A stretch of DNA of 64,000 nt from positions 51,478 through 115,477 of the forward strand of contig CAJXRZ010000001.1 in NCBI GenBank assembly GCA_913060515.1. Direction: 5' to 3'. The position numbers and the translations under genes were made by a program. The notes under the pieces were generated by a model, which did no database searches, was not told the DNA's origin, and worked only from the letters and a program-made list of their open reading frames with translations. Source of the DNA: an uncultured Pseudomonadota bacterium (GTDB lineage Bacteria; Myxococcota_A; UBA796; CAJQPC01). Each line of letters starts with the position of its first letter. Within the stretch, counting starts at the first letter, position 1. Shown here piece after piece: positions 7,657-17,038 of the stretch.

Positions 7657-8622
7657 TCAGCCCTTCTTGATCTTGCTGGCCCGCCACTGTCCCCAGAGCT
7701 CGGCGAGCTGGTTGGGCAGCTCCTTTGGACCGCTGCGCACCGTGGGGCCCAGCACCCCTGGCAGAGCCTTGATCAGAGCGCCAAGAGTGGGCACGGTGGC
7801 AGCATCGCCGCTGAGTTGATGCTGCAGGTGTAGATCCCGGGTGCGCTGGAACAGGGCCTTTGGGTTTCGCTTGTGGCTGTGCATGACCAAGGAGCCGGGC
7901 ACGTAGCCGACGCGGCGGCCCTTGGACCAGGCCATGTCCTCGCCGATGGGCACGGCGGGGAGGGGATGCTCCCGGAGGGTCTTTGTGCGGTACAGGGCCC
8001 AGACGTGGTCGGTCTGGGCGGCCGGCCAGTGTCCGTCTCCGGCGGGGGTCCACTGGGCCAAGCGGGTTCGGGTCACCGCGTCGGCGGTGGGCCAGGGGAT
8101 CTGACGGCCAAAGACGCCCTCGTAGCCGCCCTCCTCCAGAGCATCGACCAAGGCGCGCACGGCGCCGCGTCCTCGGGGCAGGGCATCGTCCACAGTGAAG
8201 AGCACGTACTCCGTGTCCACAAAGTCCAGCGCTCTCTGGCGGGTGGGACCGTGGCCCAGCCAAGGCACCTTGAGCACCCGGTCGCCGTCTACCTGCACGG
8301 TGCCGTTGCTGAGGACAAGGGTCTCAACAGGTAGATCCTGGTCTCGCAGTGCAGCCAGTCCGATGGGGGTTTGGCGGTGGGTGGGAATCAGCGCGGTCAC
8401 CGCCGGACCCTCGCAAGCGGGGCGGCCCGGGGCTGGCAGCTGGGCGCTCAGCGAGTCCCTCAAGCTGTGGGAGCGCACCTCGACTGCATCAAAGCAGGGC
8501 AGGAGCTGAGAGCTGCGGATGTGGCTGGGCAGCTTGTCGGTGGCCAACACACAGTCCTCGCCTGCGCGCAGAGCCGCTTCCAATTCGGCGAGCTGAGAGG
8601 CGTGAAAGTGTGTCAGGTGCAC
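7657..8622 (-). CDS. Glycosyltransferase family 2-like protein; start uncertain
   Basis: VTALIPTHRQ...VDTEYVLFTVDDALPRGRGAVRAL (GT-A fold DxD region). The 5' part of track ORF 7657..8928 is antisense to the (DTA)n region of gene 8654..9979, so the start must be at or below GTG 8622. Confidence 0.5.
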   Translation of the reverse strand: MHLTHFHASQLAELEAALRAGEDCVLATDKLPSHIRSSQLLPCFDAVEVRSHSLRDSLSAQLPAPGRPACEGPAVTALIPTHRQTPIGLAALRDQDLPVETLVLSNGTVQVDGDRVLKVPWLGHGPTRQRALDFVDTEYVLFTVDDALPRGRGAVRALVDALEEGGYEGVFGRQIPWPTADAVTRTRLAQWTPAGDGHWPAAQTDHVWALYRTKTLREHPLPAVPIGEDMAWSKGRRVGYVPGSLVMHSHKRNPKALFQRTRDLHLQHQLSGDAATVPTLGALIKALPGVLGPTVRSGPKELPNQLAELWGQWRASKIKKG

Positions 8623-8653
8623 GGGGGGTGCGATCCTCTGTAGTCTCTGCAGT

Positions 8654-9979
8654 ATGAACACATTGATCCTCTCTCTGTTGGGCCTGGCATGCAGCGGCGC
8701 CCAAGACACGGACACGCCCGCAGACTCCGAGGGGCGGGACAGCGCCACGGACACGGCAGACACAGCGGACACGGCGGACACCGGAGAGGGGCCGGTGGGC
8801 CCCGAGGGTTGGTGTGCCCCGCTGGCGGAGCCGACGGGGGATGTGGTGCAAGTGGGCCCGGATGAGGATCTGGAGGCGGTCCTAGAGGGGCTGCCGGCAG
8901 GGGCCACGGCGGTGCTCGCGGCGGGCACCTACACCCTGGATGCCGAGAGCTACATTCGTTTGAGCCAAGACGGCGTTCGTATCCAGGGCGCGACGGGTCG
9001 GGCCGAGGACGTGGTCATCGACGGGCAGTGGCTCGCGGGCTTTGGACTCTCCATCCAGGCCAGCAATGTGGTGGTCAGCGATCTGACCCTTCAGCGCTTC
9101 TATTACCACCCCATTCATGTGACGCCTGGGAGCGGGCGCAGCATCGAAGGGGTGCAGATCTACCGGGTGCGCGTCATCGACGGTGCCGAGCAGGCCATCA
9201 AGATCAACACCGGGGGAGAGGGCAGCTTCTTTGCGGACTCCGGCTCCATCGCGTGCTCTCATCTGGAGCTCACGGACACCGGTCGGGCCCAGGTTCGGAA
9301 CAACTGCTACACCGGCGGCGTGGACGCCCATCAGGCCCAGGGCTGGGAGATCCGCGACAACCACATCGAAGGGTTCTGGTGTGAGAGTGGCCTCTCCGAG
9401 CACGGGGTCCACTTCTGGCGGGGAGGCCGAGACACCCAGGTCTTCCGCAATGTGCTGGTGAACAACGCCCGAGGCATCGGCTTTGGTTTGGGCTCCGATG
9501 ACGTGGGCCGTCGCTATGAGGATGCGCCCTGTGGCGGTGAGATCGCCCAGTCCTACGGGGAGGTGGCGGTGAACAACCTGGTCTACGCCGACAGCGCTGC
9601 CCTCTTCTCCAGCAGCTCGGGCTTTGACGCTGGGATTGCACTGGAGTCCGCCTGCGAGGCCACCGTGGTGCACAACACCGTCTACTCCACCCAGGCGCCC
9701 TACTCCTCTATCGAGTACCGCTGGCCCCTGAGCTCCGGGGTCATCGCCAACAACTTGGTCTCTCACAACGTGCGGGACCGGGGCGCCGGCGAGATCCAGC
9801 TCAGCGCCAACCTGCAGGAGGCCCCCGCGGCTTGGTTCGTGGATGCACTTGCGATGGACCTGCACCTGGCGGCGGGATCTCAAGCCATTGATTCTGGGGA
9901 CGCAGCCCACAGCGTGGAGCAAGATGCCGAGGGCAAGAGCCGAGACGGCACCCCAGATGTTGGGGCCCTGGAGTACTGA
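8654..9979 (+). CDS. Lipoprotein with right-handed beta-helix (pectate-lyase-like) repeats
   Basis: MNTLILSLLGLACSG lipobox; acidic DTADTADTAD linker; repeated NN/IxG beta-helix rungs. Confidence 0.8.
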   Translation: MNTLILSLLGLACSGAQDTDTPADSEGRDSATDTADTADTADTGEGPVGPEGWCAPLAEPTGDVVQVGPDEDLEAVLEGLPAGATAVLAAGTYTLDAESYIRLSQDGVRIQGATGRAEDVVIDGQWLAGFGLSIQASNVVVSDLTLQRFYYHPIHVTPGSGRSIEGVQIYRVRVIDGAEQAIKINTGGEGSFFADSGSIACSHLELTDTGRAQVRNNCYTGGVDAHQAQGWEIRDNHIEGFWCESGLSEHGVHFWRGGRDTQVFRNVLVNNARGIGFGLGSDDVGRRYEDAPCGGEIAQSYGEVAVNNLVYADSAALFSSSSGFDAGIALESACEATVVHNTVYSTQAPYSSIEYRWPLSSGVIANNLVSHNVRDRGAGEIQLSANLQEAPAAWFVDALAMDLHLAAGSQAIDSGDAAHSVEQDAEGKSRDGTPDVGALEY

Positions 9980-10040
9980 AAAGGGATGCCCGGGGCCTGC
10001 GGGCGTGTCACCTTATGGGAAGCCCCTTCCCGCGGAGCGG

Positions 10041-11441
10041 ATGATGCTGACCCCCCTGGTGTTTTTCTTGGCCGCAGACGCCGACTTTGGCAACAAGCGC
10101 AAGCAAGAGAGCTGGTACCGAGACCAAGCCAAGGTGGCTCGGGAGGTGCAGGTGCAGCACGGCCAAGGCACCCCCGGCAGCTCCGCTGCGGACTACCAGG
10201 CCGCCTGGGACGCCTGCATTCCGGTGGACGGCTTTGGCGTGGGCAAAGAGCGGGACGTGGGCACACGTCAGGTGACCTCGGCGATGCGGTCCATTCGACC
10301 CAATCAGAAGATTCGACCCCGTCGCACGCCCCTGGCCGAGAGCTGCGTGAGCTTGGGTGCCTCTCCTGAAGACCCCCTCTTTGCCTCCATGCAGGAGCAG
10401 GGGTGTGCTCTGGTTCAGCGCTGCCAGGCGGCGGTGCCCTATCTGATCAGCGGCAGCCAGCGCGCAGTCGGCAGCTCCCCATTGGGGCCCTACTCGGAGT
10501 GGCGCATCGAAGGGGACAGCGGCCGCCGCTCCGGGGAGTTCCTGGTCTTGGCCCGGATCGCTCTGATCGACGGCTGGCTGCAGGGTGGACGCGAGGATCC
10601 GGCCATTCTGGCGGAGCGCGCCTTGGTGGTTCTGCGCTTCGGACGGGACCTGGCCCGGGGCAGCAATGGCTCGGATCTGCGTGTGGCCATCGGCATTCAG
10701 GATCTGGCGCTGCAGATGCTGCACCGCGTGGTTCAAGACCCCGCTCTGAGCCCGGAGTTGGCCCTTCGGGTGGCGGAAGGACTGGAGGCCGAGCACGCCA
10801 CCCCCGTCGACTTGTCGGACACCGTGCGCGTGGACTTCTTGATCACCACCGCGTCGATCTGGGCGGCCTCCAAGCCCAAGGCCAAGATCCTCAAGGAGGC
10901 GCCCCTGATGGTCGCCCCTGGCGGTCCAGCTTGGGACCCAGAGGCCTGGGAGATGCCCAAGGTCGCTGGCCCAGTGGTCAGCGCCTACCTGGAGGACCAG
11001 CACTTTCCGACTTGGTCCTTGTTGGTGAGCGAGATGGGCACCGAGTACAGCGCAAACCGGGACTTGTTGGATCAGGCGGGCACGCAGATGTTGCCGGATC
11101 CCGACGGCGGGGTTCGCGCGGAGCTTCAGGGCATGGTGGCCAACGGACTGATGTCGCGCATCGAGCGAATGCACCGCTGGAACCTGGATCAGAGCCTGAT
11201 CGAGAGCCGGGTGTGCCTGCTGGCGACGGCTGCCCGTGTGCGCGTCCAGCAGCCTGGTGGAGCGTGCGCGAAGGACCCGATGTTGAACATGGACTGGGGT
11301 CAGGACGCCGACGCCGCAGGCACCCTGCTCTGGTCTCCGGCCTTGGAGCAGATCGAGCTGAGTCGCAGTCAGCAGAGCTTCCTGGAGATCGACGTGCGCT
11401 TCGATGCACAGGCTCCCCCCTCGCCAGGGGCGCCGCTTTAG
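10041..11441 (+). CDS. Hypothetical secreted protein
   Basis: ATG 10041/10044 with GGAG SD; N-terminal hydrophobic MMLTPLVFFLAADA. The track start at 9843 overlaps the previous gene. Confidence 0.55.
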   Translation: MMLTPLVFFLAADADFGNKRKQESWYRDQAKVAREVQVQHGQGTPGSSAADYQAAWDACIPVDGFGVGKERDVGTRQVTSAMRSIRPNQKIRPRRTPLAESCVSLGASPEDPLFASMQEQGCALVQRCQAAVPYLISGSQRAVGSSPLGPYSEWRIEGDSGRRSGEFLVLARIALIDGWLQGGREDPAILAERALVVLRFGRDLARGSNGSDLRVAIGIQDLALQMLHRVVQDPALSPELALRVAEGLEAEHATPVDLSDTVRVDFLITTASIWAASKPKAKILKEAPLMVAPGGPAWDPEAWEMPKVAGPVVSAYLEDQHFPTWSLLVSEMGTEYSANRDLLDQAGTQMLPDPDGGVRAELQGMVANGLMSRIERMHRWNLDQSLIESRVCLLATAARVRVQQPGGACAKDPMLNMDWGQDADAAGTLLWSPALEQIELSRSQQSFLEIDVRFDAQAPPSPGAPL

Positions 11442-11465
11442 GGTCCAAGCATTGGGGCCGAATCT

Positions 11466-12392
11466 CTAGGGCAGAGCGTTCTGGATCCCGGCGTTGAGGC
11501 TGGCCTGCAAGTCCAGGCTGTCGGTGGCCTCAAAGCCGGTCCAACGCCAGGTCTCGGAGTAGCTGGCGTTGAGCAGGGTCAGGATGGGTAGGGGGTCGGG
11601 ATCGACCGGGTCTTGCACCATGCTGTAGCGCACCCGCTCGCCGATCCTGTCGGGCTGCTCGGTGAGCAGGATGACGCGCAGAGAGGGATTGTCGGCCTGC
11701 ACCGCCTCGAAGGTGCGCATCATCGCGGCGCAGTCGGGGCAGTCCTGGGGGGTGCGCACCAAGAGCGTGACCGGACCTGCCAACACGGAGAGGCGGGTCT
11801 CGCCCTCCGGTCCCATCAGCACTTCGTCGCTCTCTTCGAGCTTGACCAGTCGCTGGACCTCTTCGATCTCGAAGCGAATCATGGGGTCGGGATAGGTCTT
11901 GGCCAAGCTCTCCCAAGCCGAGATGGCGCCCTGGGCATCGCCAGCTTGGTGCAAGGCGCGCGCCTGCTCGGCCGCTTCCATCGCTTGGGCCAATCCGGTG
12001 CGAACACGTAGTCCCTCGGGCGTCTCTTCCAGGGTGTAGGTCAGGCTCACGCTGCGGGTGGGCAGATCCCAGACCGAGGTGGGCTCCCAGATGGGGAGCT
12101 GATCGATGTCTGGCTCCTGGCGCTCCAAGACGGCCTTTCCACCCTCCAGAGAGACCAGCTTGCAGGAGAGGTTTGCCCGGATCACGCCGTAGCCGCTGTA
12201 GCCGATGCGCTCAAAGCCTGGGCCCTGGGCGATGTTGTCTGCCCACAGCGCGCGCTCGTCGTCGACGATGATTCCTTTGGTCATCGCCAAGCCGGCGCTG
12301 TCCAGGGAGAGACCGGGCATGGCGTCGCAGGCGCGAACGGCTTTGAGTTCTGGGGCGAGCTGTAGAGAGCAGCCGAGCAGGAGGAGGATCAC
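11466..12392 (-). CDS. Lipoprotein with C-terminal thioredoxin-like CPDC motif
   Basis: GTG 12392 overlaps the stop of the upstream lipoprotein gene (GTGA); V/MILLLLGCSLQ lipobox; ...LLVRTPQDCPDCAAMMRTFEAV CxxC in thioredoxin-like context. Confidence 0.55.
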   Translation of the reverse strand: MILLLLGCSLQLAPELKAVRACDAMPGLSLDSAGLAMTKGIIVDDERALWADNIAQGPGFERIGYSGYGVIRANLSCKLVSLEGGKAVLERQEPDIDQLPIWEPTSVWDLPTRSVSLTYTLEETPEGLRVRTGLAQAMEAAEQARALHQAGDAQGAISAWESLAKTYPDPMIRFEIEEVQRLVKLEESDEVLMGPEGETRLSVLAGPVTLLVRTPQDCPDCAAMMRTFEAVQADNPSLRVILLTEQPDRIGERVRYSMVQDPVDPDPLPILTLLNASYSETWRWTGFEATDSLDLQASLNAGIQNALP

Positions 12393-13204
12393 CGCAGGGT
12401 CACCTGGTCTGTGGACAGCCGGAAGCTGCCGGAGTTGGGGGGCAAGGTGAAGGTGTAGGGCAGGCGTGCGCCAGCGTCCACTGGGCCCAGCTCCACGCGT
12501 AGGGTCTCGGTGGGCGCGGGGGTCGGGAGTATGCGAACACCCGGGGGCGCCATGCGTGTGGTGGGCTTGGCGCCTGGGTCCACCAAGCGGACCAGGATGA
12601 CCGCGCTCTCGAGGTTGTGTGCGCTGCCGTTGACCAGCTCGGCGTGTACCACCTCGCCTTGGCGGTTGTGAAAGGTGTTGGTGGTCTGTAGGCGGGCGGT
12701 GTTGGCCAGCGCTCTGGCCTCGGCGAGGGCCAGATCTACGTCCAGGGTGGGGTCGGGCAGAATTCGAGTGACGGCCACCCAACTCTCAGCGGCCAACTCT
12801 GGATCCTCCTCCTTCATCGCCTGCTCTCGCTTGGCGATGGCTTGGGCCGCCTGGATGTGTACGCGGCCATCCACCAGGGTCCAATTCAGGGTCTCAGTGA
12901 CGCGGCCGACCTGCTTGCCTTGGGCGTTCAGGCGGGTGCGCTCGCGCTCCAGAATGATCTCTCCGCTGCGCTGGTGCGAGAGGACGGTGCACTGGCTGGA
13001 GAGGAAGAGCTGATCGATGCCTTCGGGGCCCAAGACGAGGCTTCCCTGGGTGGGCTCGGTCGCCGTCAGCAAGGCCAGCTCAGCAGGATCCAGGAACGGG
13101 GTCCATGCATCTACGCTGCTGGGGTCGCTGTGCAGACCGGGGGCCTCCAGACACAACTCCACAGCTGGCATGGGATCCAGGCAGGCGAGCAGCAGAAGCA
13201 GCAT
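12389..13204 (-). CDS. Hypothetical lipoprotein
   Basis: MLLLLLACLDP signal; GC3-rich. Confidence 0.65.
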   Translation of the reverse strand: MLLLLLACLDPMPAVELCLEAPGLHSDPSSVDAWTPFLDPAELALLTATEPTQGSLVLGPEGIDQLFLSSQCTVLSHQRSGEIILERERTRLNAQGKQVGRVTETLNWTLVDGRVHIQAAQAIAKREQAMKEEDPELAAESWVAVTRILPDPTLDVDLALAEARALANTARLQTTNTFHNRQGEVVHAELVNGSAHNLESAVILVRLVDPGAKPTTRMAPPGVRILPTPAPTETLRVELGPVDAGARLPYTFTLPPNSGSFRLSTDQVTLR

Positions 13205-13244
13205 GGGGTCGATCCTTAATGGAGGACCATTCTACTTCTAAAAA

Positions 13245-13359
13245 GGGGACCGCACAGATGCTCAAGGGCGCGTGTGTGTGAGACAGGAAGGCTCCACTGG
13301 ACCAGCCCAGTGGTCGGATCATTTGGAATCCAAAACACCCGAGGACGCCTGTGCGGTCC
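13245..13359. repeat. Nested inverted-repeat element in the 5' leader of lipoprotein gene 12389..13204
   Basis: GGGACCGCACAG (13245-13256) pairs with CTGTGCGGTCCC (13348-13359). Inner hairpin CCACTGG(13293-13299)-accagc-CCAGTGG(13306-13312). AT-richer context. Confidence 0.4.
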
Positions 13360-13469
13360 CTCACCGAGACTGTGTGCACCATGCGTGCCAGCTTTAAGTT
13401 CTTGAAATGCTGTTTCCGCTAAGCGCGGATTTGGCTTCGGAGCGTTCTATGGAACGTTCGCGGGCAGGC

Positions 13470-14891
13470 TCAAGGTGCTTGGTGGCCCGAGCCCAGCTCA
13501 TCCAGCAGCTTCTCGGCGTCTGCCGGTGAGAGTGTCTGCGGGAGCGACATGGACATGACGGTGATGGAGAGGGGCTCGAACACCTCAACGCGGGGGAGGC
13601 GTTGTCCGCCGAGCTCGCCGAAGATGTACACCTTGGGGCTTGTGGGGTCGCTCTGGTCGACCGCTGCGGTCGCGTTGGAGAGCGTGGCCGAGGCGGTCTC
13701 GTTCAGGATGAGAAATCCCGTGTGCGTCGAGGCCTGGTAGCGGGCGCCCAGGATGTCGTCGGCACAGGCAAAGTCGCTGAAACTGCTCTGGCCCTGGGTC
13801 TGATTCTGCAGTTGCAGTCGCACTTGGCTGCCGGCGCACGACGGGGACTCTTCAGACTGGATGATGGGCAGCGCCGACGCCAGCGCCACCTGTCCCCCCA
13901 AGGAACGCACCGACTCGGTGCGCCCGTCGGCGAGCAACTTCCAGACGCCTTCGTCCTGCTTCATCAGGGTCCACTGAAGCGGCGCATAGGAGGGGAAGCT
14001 GGGGTGCTGATCGGCGAGCCAGGACCTGTGGAGGAGCAACATGCCGCCGTCGAAAGGGACCCCGCCGAGGGGTACTTGCTCCAATTCCACGGTCAGTTGG
14101 CTCATCGTCTGGGTCATGCCGTAGGTCCACACCACAGCGATGGTCTCCGCATGGCCCAGATCGCAGACCCCCTCCAAGCCTGGCGGAGGAGACGCCAAGA
14201 ACGCCCGGGTCTGCAGGATCATGGCAGCAGCGTTGGGATCGGTGCCTTTGGACAGGGGCTCAGTCCCGCAGAAGTTGCTCGCTTGTTCCTGGAGTCCATC
14301 GGGGTGCAGTCTGGTCAGTAGTCCGCTTGGATCTCCGTGGCTGCGCGCCCAGTCCGCGGCTTGGAAGGTTTTCCAGGCCAAGGTCAGCTCTTCCGATAAG
14401 TGTGGCTTGGGCTTGCCCTCGGCGTGATTCAGTCCGCTCTGCTCGAAGTAGGACGGAGCCAAGAGCGACCAGCCGCCGGACTCGCGCTTGATGGAGATGA
14501 CGACGGCCTCCCCAAGGGCAGACTCAAAGACCACGTGTCGGCGCTCGCCCTCGTCGACTTGGCCCACCCGTGTCAGGGGTCCCACGGAGCCAATGGGCTT
14601 GTTGGACAGCGCCCGTCCCTCCGGGCGCTTGCTGAGGATGTACTGGACCAGCCTCTCGTCAGTAAATCCAGATGCAACCTGAGCTCTTGCTTCGAAGCCC
14701 ATGTAGGGAACCAAGGCACCTATGTCCCCGTTGTCGATGGTGTCCGTCCAGGCCTGGACCAGGCTCGACTCCTCGAAGCCTTGGTAGACCTCCTTGACTG
14801 GAGCGGGCTGCGAGCGCGGCTGCACCTCCCGCTGTTGGGGGCTGCTCTGGGAACACCCAGAGGCCAGAAAGCTGAGAAGGACTGGGGTCAT
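13470..14891 (-). CDS. Hypothetical lipoprotein (473 aa)
   Basis: MTPVLLSFLASGCSQSS lipobox; GC3-rich. Confidence 0.7.
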   Translation of the reverse strand: MTPVLLSFLASGCSQSSPQQREVQPRSQPAPVKEVYQGFEESSLVQAWTDTIDNGDIGALVPYMGFEARAQVASGFTDERLVQYILSKRPEGRALSNKPIGSVGPLTRVGQVDEGERRHVVFESALGEAVVISIKRESGGWSLLAPSYFEQSGLNHAEGKPKPHLSEELTLAWKTFQAADWARSHGDPSGLLTRLHPDGLQEQASNFCGTEPLSKGTDPNAAAMILQTRAFLASPPPGLEGVCDLGHAETIAVVWTYGMTQTMSQLTVELEQVPLGGVPFDGGMLLLHRSWLADQHPSFPSYAPLQWTLMKQDEGVWKLLADGRTESVRSLGGQVALASALPIIQSEESPSCAGSQVRLQLQNQTQGQSSFSDFACADDILGARYQASTHTGFLILNETASATLSNATAAVDQSDPTSPKVYIFGELGGQRLPRVEVFEPLSITVMSMSLPQTLSPADAEKLLDELGSGHQAP

Positions 14892-15000
14892 TCATGTCGT
14901 CTAACCCCTTGCTTGTGGAGCTCGGGCAGCCGTTGGCCGGTGCGGCTTGGTGTACAAGGATGCGTGTCTGAGGCAAGGTTGGCCCACTGAGGAGCGGTGC

Positions 15001-16482
15001 ATGTGGTTGTTGGTGCTGGGCATTGGGTGTTCTGGATGCGCAACGGAGCTCGCCGACCCCAGCGTTCAGGCACCCAGCGCGGTGGTGGACGTCCTCATCG
15101 TAGGCAGCGGACCGGCTGGCTTGAGCGCAGCTTGGGCGGCTCGTGAGGCGGGAGCCCGCGTGCTGATCCTGGAGTTGGCGGACACCGTGGGACCCACGGC
15201 TGGCTACGCCGACAACTTCCTTCTCGCAGACACCCAGGCCCAGCGCGATGCGGGCTTGGTCGACTCCCTGGAGCGTGTGGCTCAAGAGTGGCCGGACTTT
15301 ACCGAGGGAGGTGATGCCCAGGACCCCATGGTGCAGGCCTTCATCGCGGGCCTGCCCGGCCTGGAGGCTTGGTTTTTGTCCCTTGGCGCGGAGATCACCG
15401 GCCCCCGAGGTGACAAGGATGCGGGCATGACCCCGCGCTTGCATGGGGTGCGGGTGGGAAGCGGGAGTCCAGCGGAGAGCTTGGCACTCGATCTCTCGGA
15501 GTCGGTCTGGACCCAGCACCGGGCCGTGGATGTGGTCCTGGACGAGGGGGCTGTGGTGGGGGTGCGCTTTATCGATGAGCGAAGCGGCAGCTCGGGCTGG
15601 GTGAGGGCGGGCGCCACAGTGGTGGCCACAGGCGGCTTTGCGCGAAACCTGGACTTGGTGAAGTCCTATCGGCCAGAGCTGGAGGACGTGGCGCTGCTGT
15701 ATGAGAGCCACCCCCTCTCTTCGGGGGCGGGCCTGGAGCTGCTGGCCTCTGCGGACGCCGACGCCCAGAACCTGGGCAGCATCGGTGTGTATGTGCATGC
15801 CATGGCCGACCCACGTCCGGGCTTTGATGGAGAGGCGTTGCTGGTCCCCATGTTGCCCATGGGGATGGCCGTCGACGCCAGCGGCGAGCGCCTGACCAAC
15901 GAGGACAGCCTGTGGGGCTTGCGCATGGACTCCCTGCTCGTGGCTGCTGAAGAGAGGCGGATCTGGGTGTTGCTTCCGGAGGAGGATTGGGCGCACATGG
16001 ACGTGCTGGTCCCGGGCTACAACAGCGATCAGCCGCGAGAGCGTCTGGATCCTGCCGAGCTCGAGGCCATGGGCGCGGTGCAGATCTACGCGGACATTCA
16101 GGCGGTCGCCGATGGGCTGGATCTGCCCGAAGCGGTGCTGGTCGAGGAGTTCGAGCGCTACTCCGCGGCCACGGAGACGGGTGTCGACGAGGAGTTTGGC
16201 AAGGACGTCTTCCTGCTGCGGCCCTTCAGCGGGTCCATCGTCGTGGTGGAGGTGCGCGCGGCTGCGGCCAAGAGCTTTGGCGGCGCACGGATCGACCTTG
16301 AGGGCCGCGTGCTAGACGGCTCGCCTGCGCCCGTTCCAGGCCTGTACGCCGCCGGAGAGGTGGTGGGCATGCTGGGAACGCCGGACATTGGACGGGGCTT
16401 TGCGGGAAGCATCAGTGCGGTGCACTGGACCGGGCTGCTGGCTGGCGAGTCTGCTGCCAGCTACGGGATAGAGAGCCGCTGA
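15001..16482 (+). CDS. FAD-dependent oxidoreductase (fumarate reductase/succinate dehydrogenase flavoprotein-like), exported
   Basis: DVLIVGSGPAGLSAAWAA dinucleotide-binding motif; C-terminal YAAGEVVG; ATG 15001 preceded by GAGGAG; N-terminal MWLLVLGIGCSGC. Confidence 0.8.
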   Translation: MWLLVLGIGCSGCATELADPSVQAPSAVVDVLIVGSGPAGLSAAWAAREAGARVLILELADTVGPTAGYADNFLLADTQAQRDAGLVDSLERVAQEWPDFTEGGDAQDPMVQAFIAGLPGLEAWFLSLGAEITGPRGDKDAGMTPRLHGVRVGSGSPAESLALDLSESVWTQHRAVDVVLDEGAVVGVRFIDERSGSSGWVRAGATVVATGGFARNLDLVKSYRPELEDVALLYESHPLSSGAGLELLASADADAQNLGSIGVYVHAMADPRPGFDGEALLVPMLPMGMAVDASGERLTNEDSLWGLRMDSLLVAAEERRIWVLLPEEDWAHMDVLVPGYNSDQPRERLDPAELEAMGAVQIYADIQAVADGLDLPEAVLVEEFERYSAATETGVDEEFGKDVFLLRPFSGSIVVVEVRAAAAKSFGGARIDLEGRVLDGSPAPVPGLYAAGEVVGMLGTPDIGRGFAGSISAVHWTGLLAGESAASYGIESR

Positions 16483-16552
16483 TTGGGTGTTTGTGGGCTT
16501 GGGTGGCACCTGTGGTGATGGCCACGGGCGTCTAGGGGGTTAGGTCTGCAGG

Positions 16553-17038
16553 GTGAAGCTCCCCGACACCCCGACCTCTTTGGATCCCCGCGTCAAGTGG
16601 CTCTGGCGTGCCCAGTCCATGCTGCGGGTTCTGCTGTTCTGGCTTCCTGTCTCCGGTGCGGCCGCCTATGGTCTGACCTCGGTCGGGGGACAGAGCGCTG
16701 CAGCGGTGGTCGGCGTCACTGTGCTGGGGCTCGCGGCCCTCATGGCCTTGCTCTGGCCGGCTCTTCGCTACCAGCACTTCAACTACAGTGTGCGAGAGCA
16801 TGACCTCTTGGTGGAACGTGGGGTGCTCGTTCGCCGAAAGAGCAGCATTCCCCACAACCGCATCCAGCACGTGGACACTCGCCAGGGGCCCATCGAACGG
16901 CTCTTTGGCCTGTCCTCTGTAGCGGTCTACACCGCAGCAGGCATGTCGGCGGATGGTTCCATCCCGGGCTTGGCCAGCGACCAGGCTGAGGCGATTCGCG
17001 ATGAGCTCGCCCGGCGTGGGGGAGACGATGGGGTCTAA
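16553..17038 (+). CDS. Bacterial PH domain (bPH_2/DUF304) membrane protein, YdbS-like
   Basis: GTG start; two TM helices then the YQHFNYSVREHDLLVERGVLVRRKSSIPHNRIQHVD motif. Confidence 0.75.
   Translation: MKLPDTPTSLDPRVKWLWRAQSMLRVLLFWLPVSGAAAYGLTSVGGQSAAAVVGVTVLGLAALMALLWPALRYQHFNYSVREHDLLVERGVLVRRKSSIPHNRIQHVDTRQGPIERLFGLSSVAVYTAAGMSADGSIPGLASDQAEAIRDELARRGGDDGV

Noticed and set aside
8735-8790. Short periodic repeat gacacggc(a/g)gacac...
   Set aside because: It encodes a DTADTADTAD acidic linker inside a lipoprotein gene. This is a coding low-complexity region, not CRISPR or a mobile-element repeat.
10008-11174. 388-aa minus-strand ORF
   Set aside because: Antisense to the 10041..11441 gene; no recognisable domains. 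Typical long antisense ORF of a high-GC genome. The same applies to 8882..9922, 16779..18077, 22473..24302, 24959..25828, 27227..28723, 34592..35827, 58885..60078 and similar.
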